Of a stretch of DNA of 64,000 bases, positions 8,743 to 18,870 are shown piece by piece. Location of the stretch: positions 544,001 through 608,000 of the forward strand of contig CAXXKA010000006.1 in the NCBI GenBank assembly GCA_963668625.2, in the 5' to 3' direction. The DNA comes from an uncultured candidate division Zixibacteria bacterium. GTDB taxonomy: Bacteria > Zixibacteria > MSB-5A5 > UBA10806 > 4484-95. A program made the translations under genes and the position numbers. Within the stretch, counting starts at the first letter, position 1. Every line of letters begins with the position of its first letter. Under the pieces are notes generated by a model. That model made no database searches. It worked only from the letters and a program-made list of their open reading frames with translations, and was not told the DNA's origin.

Positions 8743-11121
8743 TTATTTAGTGATCCCGTTAGAACCCGGCACGAGTTCCTCGCGCGTTAGCTGTTTTAGT
8801 ACTGCCTCCCAGCCGGACATCTTAACCGCTCTCTGGCGCGCTATCGTGCGAATCTGCTTGTATTCCTCGGGACGGTTCATGACCAGGTCGTTCATATCGA
8901 GTATCGCATTAACCCAGCTATCGAGTTTGAGAGCCGGTAACACCGAACCCGTTTTACCATCCTCGATTATCTCTTTCGGGCCACCCTGATCGGAGACTAT
9001 AGCGGGCAACTCGCAGCACTGTGCCTCGAGTACCGCCATGCCGTAAGTGTCGGTAATGCTGGGAAATACCAGTGTATGAGCCTGGGAATATATCATCGGC
9101 ATCGTTTCGTTAGGCAGGCGGCCGGTGAATACGACGCGTTTGTCGTTTAAAGCTGCTTTCATCTCCTCGAGATAAGGCCCGCTGCCGGCAACGATGAGGT
9201 TGATATCATCACACTGTTTCCTGACCTCGCGATAGACGTTGATCAAAAATTCGAGGTTCTTGTCTTTTGATACGCGCCCCACATAAATCAGGTTTAAGCC
9301 GTCGGGCAGGTGAAGATTAGAGCCGTTCCATTTCTCCGGCGGATGGTAGGCGAAAATATCGTTGTCAAGGTGGCGGGGGAATATACTCATCTTGCTACGG
9401 TCGAGCCCGCGCTCCTCGAGAATATCCATATACGATTCGGTAGGAACCTTGATCTCATCCATGATAGAGTAATACCAGCGCGAATAGCCCTCCATCGCCT
9501 CGACTATATTATCCTCCTCGACCAGTTCATCGAGTTCCATCGAAAAATCGGTGTGGTATATGCCGGTTAGCGGAATCGAAAATAGCTTAGCTGTTATTAC
9601 GCCCAGCATTCCGATCGGTCCGGGGGTCGATACGAAAATCTCATCCGGCTCGTATTCGTTTATCTCTCTTAACGCCTTGAGAATCGAGGGAACTTTGAAC
9701 TTGTATTGGTTGTAGTATGGTATTTCGAAATGATAACAGGTTTTTAAATTCATCACGTTCGGCGGGAGTTCATCGCTTAACTCATCCTCTAAAAGCGCGA
9801 CCGCGAAACGTACGTTGATATCATTGGCCCAGAATTTCCAACCGAGTTTCTTGAGAGTGACCGTGACCCCGTTTAACTCGCTGAAAGTGTCGGAGAACCA
9901 GAGTATCTTTTTGTCGGATTTTATAGGAATCGATTTTTCCACCTTGCTTATCAGGGGACGGTCGTCGTTTGAGTTTTTCAAACTGGAGAAAAACGGAACG
10001 AGCAAAAATAGCGCCGGCAGTATGGAGGAGATATCGGCAACGATCTTATCGAAATTTCCATTCGTCAGATTTTTCCTGAGCGCGTCGATATGCTTGGCGA
10101 TAACCTCATCGGATATTTCGCTTACCTTGGCGTAAAATAAATCGAGGTTCTTATCTATCGAGGATGCTTCCTGTTTCCTGATCTCCTCGATCAATTCCGC
10201 CAGGTGGCGCTTGACACTGTTCGAGCTGTCCGTTTTCAGCATGGCCAAACTGAAACGATCCATAAGCGAGGGTTTTCTCTCGCTGAAAATGAAATCGAGC
10301 AAATTGTACAGGGGGAGCGCCGTGTTTATCTGACGGCTTTTATTTTTGGAAAACTCTAAGGCAACTTTGTATACAGTGAACACCAGGCCCGTGAAATCTC
10401 CGGACCTGCCCTCGGCGAATGATTTACCTGTTCGGATTTGCGTCAGGAAATCATCGGCGGCAGTGGCGTTTGCCAGGGTATATGTTTTACCGATATGTAG
10501 CCCGGCATGATCATCCGAACCCCCGGTAAAGCTTTTGGCCCAGGAATCATCGGAGATGGGGATTATCCCGTGTTTTTGTTGAAGCTCGTGGAATTTATCC
10601 CGGTTGAGGTGTTTTAGATATTGATACCAGACATTGTTGCCCGCCCGCCCTCGGGCGCCGTTAATCGTTTCGAACACATCGAACAATAATGACAGTTTCT
10701 CCAGATGATTGATACTCAGCTTGCCATCCACGGAGGAAAGGCCGTGAGCGACTGAATATGTCAGGCCCTGGTCTACTACGTATTCGCGAAGAGTATAGAT
10801 ATTTCGGCGGATATTTTGTATCTCCTCGAATTGAGACGGAGTCAAGCCGTATATCAGCAGATGTATCTTACAATTGTCCTCCGGGAAATAGGTGGTTGTC
10901 TCGACCCCGGTGAAAGCATCACTGTATTTCTCCGCCAGTTTCAGCGAGCCCTCGATTTCGTTGTGGTCGGTAATGGTTACGAAATTCATACTTCGTTCTT
11001 TAGCCATCTGGTAGATGGTCTCGGGTTCGGTATATGATTCCGACGTGCCCATTTTTTTCAAAAACCACTCTGAGGGACGGTTGGAATATTTACTGTGGCA
11101 ATGTAAATCAGCTTTAGCCAT
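8743..11121 (-). CDS. PHP-domain phosphoesterase fused to a GT4 glycosyltransferase
   Basis: N-terminal DLHCHS, ITDHN, GGSDDH motifs; C-terminal YVGRVSKDK and DTYGMAVLEA motifs; start taken at MAKADLH (ORF extends to 11154). Confidence 0.85.
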   Translation of the reverse strand: MAKADLHCHSKYSNRPSEWFLKKMGTSESYTEPETIYQMAKERSMNFVTITDHNEIEGSLKLAEKYSDAFTGVETTTYFPEDNCKIHLLIYGLTPSQFEEIQNIRRNIYTLREYVVDQGLTYSVAHGLSSVDGKLSINHLEKLSLLFDVFETINGARGRAGNNVWYQYLKHLNRDKFHELQQKHGIIPISDDSWAKSFTGGSDDHAGLHIGKTYTLANATAADDFLTQIRTGKSFAEGRSGDFTGLVFTVYKVALEFSKNKSRQINTALPLYNLLDFIFSERKPSLMDRFSLAMLKTDSSNSVKRHLAELIEEIRKQEASSIDKNLDLFYAKVSEISDEVIAKHIDALRKNLTNGNFDKIVADISSILPALFLLVPFFSSLKNSNDDRPLISKVEKSIPIKSDKKILWFSDTFSELNGVTVTLKKLGWKFWANDINVRFAVALLEDELSDELPPNVMNLKTCYHFEIPYYNQYKFKVPSILKALREINEYEPDEIFVSTPGPIGMLGVITAKLFSIPLTGIYHTDFSMELDELVEEDNIVEAMEGYSRWYYSIMDEIKVPTESYMDILEERGLDRSKMSIFPRHLDNDIFAYHPPEKWNGSNLHLPDGLNLIYVGRVSKDKNLEFLINVYREVRKQCDDINLIVAGSGPYLEEMKAALNDKRVVFTGRLPNETMPMIYSQAHTLVFPSITDTYGMAVLEAQCCELPAIVSDQGGPKEIIEDGKTGSVLPALKLDSWVNAILDMNDLVMNRPEEYKQIRTIARQRAVKMSGWEAVLKQLTREELVPGSNGITK

Positions 11122-11687
11122 GTCCTGTTGCCTTTTCACTTGTAATGTTTTCACCGATGAACTTCTATTCCCGCTTAAGATACATGGGATAACTTAATGC
11201 AAGAACCGTTCACTATCAATATAATTTTTAACACCGAGTACATGGTACGGTTCCTTTTGTTAAACTAGAATTCAAGTTGAACTAATTAATCATTAAACCT
11301 TACATTAATAAGTATATGGGTATATGTTTAAATAGTTCAGGTCAAAAGATATGTAAATGAAATGTTTTGATTGAGTTAATAGCTCCATGTTAACCATAAT
11401 ACATTTATATTGACAATGCGACATATAAGTATAAATTTGTATGATTAGCTGAAAATGAATTGGCTGTTCGGACAATAATTACGGAGTTAAGAGTAATGTT
11501 TGATCATTTTCGCAATATCGAGGTATAACCAACAAGCCCATAATGTTCACGCTCGAATTTTAAAATGTTAAACCAAGCTAAATTCGGGTAAATTGTCCTG
11601 TGGATCATTATCGGAAAAACAGGCGGCTAAAGAGCAAGTGCAAGAAAGTATGAATCGAAAACAAGCAAAATTAAATAGGAGAGAAGT

Positions 11688-12257
11688 GTGAGAAAATTAG
11701 CAACATTATCATTGATTCTGGTTTTCATCATTAGTTCATTGACTATGGCTCAGTTCAAAGAGGGACAGAAAGCCCCTGATTTTACTTTACCTGATCTGGA
11801 TGGCAATTATGTCACTTTATCTGAAATAGTCGGCGATGGCCCCGTTTATATCAATTTCTGGGCAACCTGGTGCGGTCCGTGTAAAAAAGAGATTCCACAT
11901 CTGATTGAGCTATACCACGAATATCAGGATCGCGGCTTCAAGGTGCTGGCAATTTCCACGGATAACGCCAGAACCGCTGGTAAGGTAAGAGCTTTCGTAA
12001 AAGATCGCGGCATGGATTTCACTATTTTGCTCGATAGCAGTAAAGAGGTATTCGGTCGTAAATATAAAGGTCGGGGTATCCCATATGGATTCCTGATCGA
12101 TAACGACGGTAATATCGTTTATTCCGCCCGTGGTTTCATGCCTGGCCTGGATAAAATCATAGAAGAAAAAATGATGCCCTATTTGCAGAGTGATTCCGAG
12201 GAAAGTGGTTCGGAAGCTGAGGGAGAAGAGATCGAAGGGGAATCCGAGGAAAAATAG
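11688..12257 (+). CDS. TlpA/ResA-family exported thiol-disulfide oxidoreductase
   Basis: Signal peptide, APDFTL, NFWATWCGPC, GIP cis-Pro motif; acidic tail. Confidence 0.9.
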   Translation: MRKLATLSLILVFIISSLTMAQFKEGQKAPDFTLPDLDGNYVTLSEIVGDGPVYINFWATWCGPCKKEIPHLIELYHEYQDRGFKVLAISTDNARTAGKVRAFVKDRGMDFTILLDSSKEVFGRKYKGRGIPYGFLIDNDGNIVYSARGFMPGLDKIIEEKMMPYLQSDSEESGSEAEGEEIEGESEEK

Positions 12258-12287
12258 CAGTTATTAACTATAGCAGTAGAGTAGGGA

Positions 12288-13850
12288 ATGAAAAAAACAT
12301 ATCTGTGTCTTCTATTAACGGGGATTGCACTTATCTCTCTGGCATCGGAGGCGTTTGCCTGGGGAGATGACTGGTACGTGTCCGCGGCGAATTACGGCCG
12401 CTATTATCATTTCAAGGAAACAGCCACCGACTCGGCGGCAACGAGATTTCAGTACGATATTTACATGGGGGATTTCTATTCCGGAGGTTGGTACGAGGTC
12501 AAGCATGTCATGAACGAGACCGGCTTTACCTCCACCGAAAATGAGTTAACCAGGCGCTATTTCGGCTGGGAAAACAACGATTTGACAGTGCATGTCGGTC
12601 ATTTCTACGAGGTGTACGACCGGGGGCTGGTTCTGAATACGTTCCGGGATGATGAGGTAAGCGTCGACCTGGTGTTGGACGGTATTAAACTTAACTGGCG
12701 CAAGAAATATTTTGATCTCGACTTTTTATCCGCCGTCCAAAACAGTGACGCTACATTCCGGCCTATTATTCGTGGCGCGCACGGTAAGTTGAAACCTTTA
12801 AATATGTTCCATTTTGGCGGCGCTTATGTTTCCTATATAGGTATAGATAATAATCGCCAGAATATCAGCCAGGTAAATCAGCGATTCATGCTGGATTTCC
12901 TCGATATTTACGCTGAGTATGCCCGTCGCAAATACGATATTATAGATATATTCGATCCCACTATTAAAGAGTCAAAAACAGGGGATGCTCTCTACGTGAA
13001 TTCTACCGCCTATTATTCTTATTTCTCGGCCTTATTCGAGTATAAAAATTATTACGATATGCTCTATCCCTCGGGCGGCAATCTCAATACGCCGCCGGCT
13101 GTTAATCCGCAGGATAGATTGCTTTCTACGGAGGCCGCTAACGTGTTTAATCCCATAAAAGGTGAACGCGGTTATCGCCTCAATCTCGGATTCGCGTTGA
13201 ATGATTACTGGGGCGCCGAATTCGATTATTCGGCGGCTAAAAGCAGATCGCCTGAAACGGTGGAGAGTAGCGAGCTGTTCGCCGAAATCAGGGGTAGCCT
13301 TCTGGATGACAGGATGTCGTTCAAAGCCGGGATCGATTTTTTCGATTTCTCGTTTAAGGATTCTTACGATTCTGTTTATGTCGATACCTTTCCGCCGGTT
13401 TATATCGCCGGTGGGCCGGTCAAATTCGAACGAAACGAGATCAAACCGGAATTCGATATCGAATACCTGTTCGATGATTATCATTCTATCGAACTCGACG
13501 CTTATTTGATAAAATACGATTATAAAGTGCCCTCCATGCCGAATGAACTGCCTGACTCGCTTGAAACTCACAGTATGGCCGACTCATCAGATTTTACCGA
13601 GAAATTCCTGAACCTGACATTTTCACGTATACCGAGTTTCAGGTTAACGATCGGCGGCAGTCTCTCGGATAAAGATCCCTCGCCCGATCCTGATAATATG
13701 GCTTTCATCGAGGTCTCTTATATCTGGGGTAATCATGAGTTGATCGTGTTCCAGGGCGAGCAGCGAGGCGGACTCGTATGTTCTGGTGGTGTTTGTTCTT
13801 TCCACCCGACATTTAAAGGATTAAGAGTAACCTTGCTGAGTCGTCTATAA
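12288..13850 (+). CDS. Outer-membrane beta-barrel protein, DUF6029-like, with C-terminal GGLVCSGGVC motif
   Basis: Signal peptide, alternating aromatic beta strands, 'GHFYE..RGLVL' motif, C-terminal CxxxxC. Confidence 0.65.
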   Translation: MKKTYLCLLLTGIALISLASEAFAWGDDWYVSAANYGRYYHFKETATDSAATRFQYDIYMGDFYSGGWYEVKHVMNETGFTSTENELTRRYFGWENNDLTVHVGHFYEVYDRGLVLNTFRDDEVSVDLVLDGIKLNWRKKYFDLDFLSAVQNSDATFRPIIRGAHGKLKPLNMFHFGGAYVSYIGIDNNRQNISQVNQRFMLDFLDIYAEYARRKYDIIDIFDPTIKESKTGDALYVNSTAYYSYFSALFEYKNYYDMLYPSGGNLNTPPAVNPQDRLLSTEAANVFNPIKGERGYRLNLGFALNDYWGAEFDYSAAKSRSPETVESSELFAEIRGSLLDDRMSFKAGIDFFDFSFKDSYDSVYVDTFPPVYIAGGPVKFERNEIKPEFDIEYLFDDYHSIELDAYLIKYDYKVPSMPNELPDSLETHSMADSSDFTEKFLNLTFSRIPSFRLTIGGSLSDKDPSPDPDNMAFIEVSYIWGNHELIVFQGEQRGGLVCSGGVCSFHPTFKGLRVTLLSRL

Positions 13851-13995
13851 TATATGTGATGATTGCCTGACGAATCATCATGTCAGGAACCTTTATATAT
13901 TATAATACAGTTACAGTAAACGACTGTTAAGTGATGATCTTTTATAATCTTATAACTAGCTAGCAAGTAATTGTAGGTTCTATGCTAATTAGGAG

Positions 13996-14023
13996 TTGAC
14001 AAATTCGACAAACAGGTTATATT
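13996..14023 (+). promoter_or_regulatory. Sigma70-type promoter for the Omp28-like genes
   Basis: TTGACA-N16-TATATT. Confidence 0.45.
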
Positions 14024-14084
14024 AGACTATCTAAGATTAAGAGAGTTAGTAGGTTACAAAAATAGATGAATGGAAGGATTTAAA

Positions 14085-15152
14085 ATGAATAGAGTGAAAG
14101 GGTTAGCGGTAGCTGCCGGATTGTTTTGTCTAGTATTGACCAGTGGAGCAGTAGCCAGTGACAGAATGGTGTTGGTTGAGATGTACACTAACACATCATG
14201 CACGTATTGCCCGCCTGCTGAAACTGCTTTAGATGGTATAGCCGATAATTATCCCGACACTGTAGTTGCGATCAGGTATCATACCTGGTGGCCTGGTGCT
14301 AGTGATCCTTATTACACTTATAACACCTCGGAGAATAGAACCAGGACAAACTATTATGGAGTTGCCCAACAGGGTGTTCCGGCTGTCAGGGTTGATGGTT
14401 TCATAGATGCCAATTATTCGGCACTCTGGAATATCGTATCAAACCGTTATCACATGGAAGCACCGATAGAACTTAACCTTAGCGGTACTTATAATCAAAC
14501 ATCCAATACCGGAACTCTAAACGTAGAGATAGTGGCTACTGATTTAGCATATTTCGAGGAATTATATCTTCGCTGTGCCATAACCGAATCGGATCTGTAC
14601 TATTCAGCTCCTAATGGCGTTACTTGGCATCATCAGACTATGAGGGATATGGTTCCCAACGCAACGGGTACCTCGGTTGAGATCGAATATGGGGAGACAG
14701 TGAACGTATCGTTACCGTTTTCTGCGCCGGCGCCGCTTAATGTGGATAATCTCGAACTGGTTGTTTGGCTTCAGACAGATTTTTTCCAGACCCTTGAGGT
14801 ATATCAAGCCGCACGTATTAAGCCATCCGAACTTGTTAGAGTAAGCGTGGATGATGAACCGGTATCATTGCCTGAGTCATTCACTTTAAGTCAGAATTAT
14901 CCCAATCCGTTCAACGCAACAACCAATATCTCGTACTCTCTAGAAAACCAGACCTCTGTCGATCTGGCAGTCTATGATCTTTCCGGACGCAAGGTCGCTC
15001 AGTTAGTTAATAGCGTACAAGGCGCTGGTGAGCATAGAGTTGTTTGGAATGCTCTGGATAATGATGGCGATGCTGTTGCCACTGGTATCTATTTTTACAG
15101 ACTAAAAACTGATACTGAAAATACTACAAAGAGAATGGTATTATTGAAATAA
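14085..15152 (+). CDS. Omp28-like thioredoxin-fold secreted protein (CTYC) with T9SS-type C-terminal domain
   Basis: Signal peptide; VLVEMYTNTSCTYCP, AIRYH, GVP cis-Pro, ITES, HHQTMR motifs; QNYPNPFN tail; ORF extends upstream to 14070. Confidence 0.8.
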   Translation: MNRVKGLAVAAGLFCLVLTSGAVASDRMVLVEMYTNTSCTYCPPAETALDGIADNYPDTVVAIRYHTWWPGASDPYYTYNTSENRTRTNYYGVAQQGVPAVRVDGFIDANYSALWNIVSNRYHMEAPIELNLSGTYNQTSNTGTLNVEIVATDLAYFEELYLRCAITESDLYYSAPNGVTWHHQTMRDMVPNATGTSVEIEYGETVNVSLPFSAPAPLNVDNLELVVWLQTDFFQTLEVYQAARIKPSELVRVSVDDEPVSLPESFTLSQNYPNPFNATTNISYSLENQTSVDLAVYDLSGRKVAQLVNSVQGAGEHRVVWNALDNDGDAVATGIYFYRLKTDTENTTKRMVLLK

Positions 15153-15173
15153 GAGTTTTTTTAAAAAAGAATA

Positions 15174-15200
15174 TAAGCGGGTTTATCAGCCCGCTTTTTT
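15174..15200 (+). terminator. Rho-independent terminator
   Basis: AAGCGGGT-TTATCA-GCCCGCTT plus T tract. Confidence 0.65.
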
Positions 15201-15302
15201 TATATGAATATGTTCGTTGACAACATTGTAATAAATGGTATATTTAGGAAAATAAGGGACTGCCTTAAATTAGATATTGATATAGAGGAAAGGATGTTCA
15301 AG

Positions 15303-16355
15303 ATGAGGATAAAGGTTATTTTTATATTTCTAGCATTATTGTTTATTTCCGGGGCAGCCAATGCCACACAACGCCTGGTATTATGCGAAAAATATACTAA
15401 TACCTCATGTGGCCCATGTTATAACGCCAACCAGACCATGGATCAACTTATCGCCGCTTATCCCGATCATATGGCGGTGATTCGGTATCATGTTGATTGG
15501 CCCTCGGACTTGGATCCTTTCTATCTGTACAATCCGAGCGAAAATGGTATTCGAACGAATTATTACGGCATAGGCTCCGTGCCTCACCTGCAGGTGGGAG
15601 GTATTCATGATGCCGGTTCGCATACTCAGTACTGGAGCGTGATTTCGAATCGCTATACCGTGCCCTCGGCACTGGAGATAGTAATCGATGGTACTTTCAA
15701 TGAATCATCCCGAACCGGTAATCTCAGTGTCACGGCCACGGCTACGGATGCTATTTCACTCGAGGGCTTGTTCCTGAGGGTAGTCCTTACCGAATCTGGT
15801 ATCCCGTTCAATGCGCCTAATGGTATCAATTATCACCATCAGACAATGCGTTATATGTTCCCGTATTCGCTTGGAACGAGAGTGTATTTAACTAATCCCG
15901 GTGATGTTGCGGAAGTGGAGCTTGATATCTGGGCGCCTGAGCCGTTGAATTTGGAAAATTGTGAGCTGGTGGCTTTCGTGCAGTCGGAGTCGAATCGAGA
16001 GGTACTGCAGGCAGCGAAATTACCCCTGATGGGCCTGACTTTAGTAGATATCGAGGATGAGCAGGTCGAGTTGCCAACTGATTTCCGTTTAGAGCAGAAT
16101 TACCCAAACCCGTTTAATGCCGGTACGGTAATCAGCTATCGGTTGTCATCGGATAGCCCCGTTGAGCTTACCATTTATGATATTTTAGGCAAGAAAATCA
16201 TGACTTTAATCGATGAAAATCAGGCTGCAGGCCATTATAGTGTTAACTGGAATGGCTTAGATAGTGATGGTAAATCAGTGGCCAGCGGTGTATACTTATA
16301 CAGGTTGAAATCCGAGGGGAGAAGCCAGAGCAAACGGATGATGCTGGTGAAATAA
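15303..16355 (+). CDS. Omp28-like thioredoxin-fold secreted protein (CGPC) with T9SS-type C-terminal domain
   Basis: Paralog of 14085-15152: EKYTNTSCGPC, VIRYH, LTES, HHQTMR; signal peptide starts at MRIKV (ORF extends to 15204). Confidence 0.8.
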   Translation: MRIKVIFIFLALLFISGAANATQRLVLCEKYTNTSCGPCYNANQTMDQLIAAYPDHMAVIRYHVDWPSDLDPFYLYNPSENGIRTNYYGIGSVPHLQVGGIHDAGSHTQYWSVISNRYTVPSALEIVIDGTFNESSRTGNLSVTATATDAISLEGLFLRVVLTESGIPFNAPNGINYHHQTMRYMFPYSLGTRVYLTNPGDVAEVELDIWAPEPLNLENCELVAFVQSESNREVLQAAKLPLMGLTLVDIEDEQVELPTDFRLEQNYPNPFNAGTVISYRLSSDSPVELTIYDILGKKIMTLIDENQAAGHYSVNWNGLDSDGKSVASGVYLYRLKSEGRSQSKRMMLVK

Positions 16356-16380
16356 TAATAGCAAAAGCTTTGGAGGTTTT

Positions 16381-17445
16381 ATGAAACATGGCTTTCGAGT
16401 ATCAATAGTATCATTGGCAATGATACTTGCCTTAAGCTTCTCTGCCGATGCCGCACGGCGGCTGGTTATTTTTGAAAATCAAACATCCACAGGCTGAGGT
16501 GGTTGTCACGGCGCTGATCTGGTCTTAGATCAGCTTTATGATGCAAATTCCAATTTATTCGTGCCAATCACGTATCATAGTGGTGATATATTCTGGCAGT
16601 ACAATCAAGATGACAATACCAACAGAATATACTATTACCCACCTCATGGCGATGGCAGTTACTATACTCCTTATGCCTGGATTGATGGATGTGTACGTGG
16701 TGGTTACACTTACAGTAGCTGGTGGGCGCTAACCAACCCACGGGTGGAGTTGGGGGCGCCCCTGGATATAACGCTCGAGGGGACTTACGATATTGATGCG
16801 AAAACCGGTAATCTTCATATAAGCATTTACGCCGAGGAAGCTATCACGCTTCAGAGCTTGAAACTCAGGGTAGCCCTGACCGAGGATAGCATCTATTATT
16901 CAGCCCCTAATGGTACTATGTATCACAACTACACTTTAAGGGATATGATCCCGAACGCCGCCGGCGAGGCAATCTCGATCAGCCAGGGGCAGACTCTCGA
17001 GTTCGATAAAGCTTTTGCGCTCGGTAATACGCCGGTACCGCATTTCTGCAGACTCGTGGTTTGGGTTCAAACCGATTCCGAAAACCTGGAGATTTTACAG
17101 GGAGCGGCTATCGATATCGAGGAGTTGGATGACGGTACGGGTATCGATGACAAAGTCGAGCTTCCCCGGAAATTCAGTTTAGCTCAGAACTATCCCAATC
17201 CATTTAATGCCGGTACACTCATAGGCTACGATCTTAAAGTAGATAGCCATGTCGAACTGTGCATTTACGATATCCTGGGCAAGAAAATAGCCACCCTGGT
17301 TAATAACGAACAATTCGCCGGGGAGAAGCAGATAACCTGGAACGGATTCGATGATGAAGGTCGGTCTGTCGCCAGCGGTGTTTATTTCTACAAGCTCTCC
17401 GCTGACGGTATTTCGGAAACCAGGCAAATGATGCTGGTGAAATAA
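16381..17445 (+). CDS. Selenocysteine-containing Omp28-like protein (UGGC motif), 354 aa, with signal peptide and T9SS-type C-terminal domain
   Basis: GGAGG at 16372, ATG 16381; reads MKHGFRVSIVSLAMILALSFSADAARRLVIFENQTSTG-TGA(16495-16497)-GGCHGAD in frame with ORF 16561-17445; TGA aligns with the first Cys of the paralogs' CxxC. Confidence 0.88.
16513..16534 (+). promoter_or_regulatory. Bacterial SECIS hairpin
   Basis: GCTGATCT-GGTCTT-AGATCAGC, perfect 8-bp stem, GGUC-containing loop starting 24 nt after UGA. Confidence 0.8.
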
Positions 17446-17470
17446 CAATTTAATGATATGGATAATGCGA

Positions 17471-17497
17471 GCGAGTCGGAAACGGCTCGCTTTTTTT
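17471..17497 (+). terminator. Rho-independent terminator
   Basis: GCGAGTCG-GAAA-CGGCTCGC plus T tract. Confidence 0.75.
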
Positions 17498-17616
17498 GTA
17501 GGCGGCACATGTCCCCGTGTGTCCCTTAGCAGAAAATGTGAGGTGGTAAATGCACCAGACGAAGAAGTATGCCAGCCACGGAATAGAAAGCCATCGGGCC
17601 TGCGGTCGGTGAAAGT

Positions 17617-18783
17617 TTATTCTACGATAATACGGGGAAGGTAATGGGGCAAGCGAGCAAGTACTTCGTAGTTCTGGAATCTGGATAAATCGGAAAACGA
17701 ACCCACCGTTATTTCCGACTTGCATTGTTTGCCGATGATAACCACTTCATCGCCTTTTTGTATATGCTTAATGCGGGAGACATCAACCAAAACGATATGC
17801 ATGTTCACCATACCGACAACAGGCGCTCTTTTGCCGCGTATCAAGACATAACCGACATTCGAAAGACTCCGCGCGAAACCGTAGTGATAACCAACCGGTA
17901 TCGAGGCAATTCTTTGTTTCATCGAGGTGAGATATGAGGTACCGTAGCCGATGAACTCGCCGGGATTGATCTCCTTGATACTCAGGATTTTCGTTTTCCA
18001 GGACAACACACGCTTTAAAGGATCTATAAATCGTTTGGTACCGTTACTCTGATGTTTTATTATGTACTGCATACGTGTCTCGTGGCTGGGCCAGAATCCG
18101 AATTGCGCTATGCCGATCCTGACCATATCGAAACGTGTTTCTGGGTACGAGAGAGCTGCGGCCGAACAAGCGGCGTGTTTCATGCCCAGGTCGAGCCCTT
18201 GCTGCTCGAGCCATTTGCATTCGCGCTTGAACTCCTCTATCTGGTTGCTTATACGAAGGTAATTGCTGACACTTTCCGCCCCGGCGAAATGCGTGCAAAC
18301 ACCCTCTAGTTTAACGTAATGCTTATTTTGTTTGATTAATCGGGCAGTCTCAATCAATTCCTCACCCTGAAGACCGGTTCTATTCAAGCCGGTTTCAAGT
18401 TCCATGTGTACCCGGGCAGGGATATCTAATTTTTTAGCGGCATCGATAGCGGCAATTAACCTGTCGGTATCGAAGATGTAAAACGAGATATCGTTCTCTA
18501 TCGCCCAGCCCAGCTCATCGTTGTCGATTGATCCCATAATACAGATGTGGCTGTTCCCGGTTCTGCTGTTTAAGGCGGTGTAACCCTCGTAGGCGCTGAA
18601 AACGGAGAAGTGATCGATACCACATTCCTCCGCCATCGGTACGAACTGCTCGATACCGTGGCCGTAGGCGTTACCCTTAATTACCGAGGAGAATTTTATA
18701 TCCTCACCGATATGTTTCCTGATAAACTTGATGTTTTTATTGAACGCGGATTTGCTTAGTTCTATGTGAGAGGAGTGAAACAT
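17617..18783 (-). CDS. alr: Alanine racemase
   Basis: VIKGNAYGHG PLP-lysine motif, ETGLNRTG, THFA, MVRIG, IGYG catalytic Tyr; ATG at 18783 (ORF extends to 18789). Confidence 0.88.
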   Translation of the reverse strand: MFHSSHIELSKSAFNKNIKFIRKHIGEDIKFSSVIKGNAYGHGIEQFVPMAEECGIDHFSVFSAYEGYTALNSRTGNSHICIMGSIDNDELGWAIENDISFYIFDTDRLIAAIDAAKKLDIPARVHMELETGLNRTGLQGEELIETARLIKQNKHYVKLEGVCTHFAGAESVSNYLRISNQIEEFKRECKWLEQQGLDLGMKHAACSAAALSYPETRFDMVRIGIAQFGFWPSHETRMQYIIKHQSNGTKRFIDPLKRVLSWKTKILSIKEINPGEFIGYGTSYLTSMKQRIASIPVGYHYGFARSLSNVGYVLIRGKRAPVVGMVNMHIVLVDVSRIKHIQKGDEVVIIGKQCKSEITVGSFSDLSRFQNYEVLARLPHYLPRIIVE

Positions 18784-18870
18784 ATCCAATAGTCCTGACA
18801 GTTTTTAATCTGGTATTATCGTATTGCTAATATGATTGTCGGACATATGCTATTGTGTTTTACAAATTTA

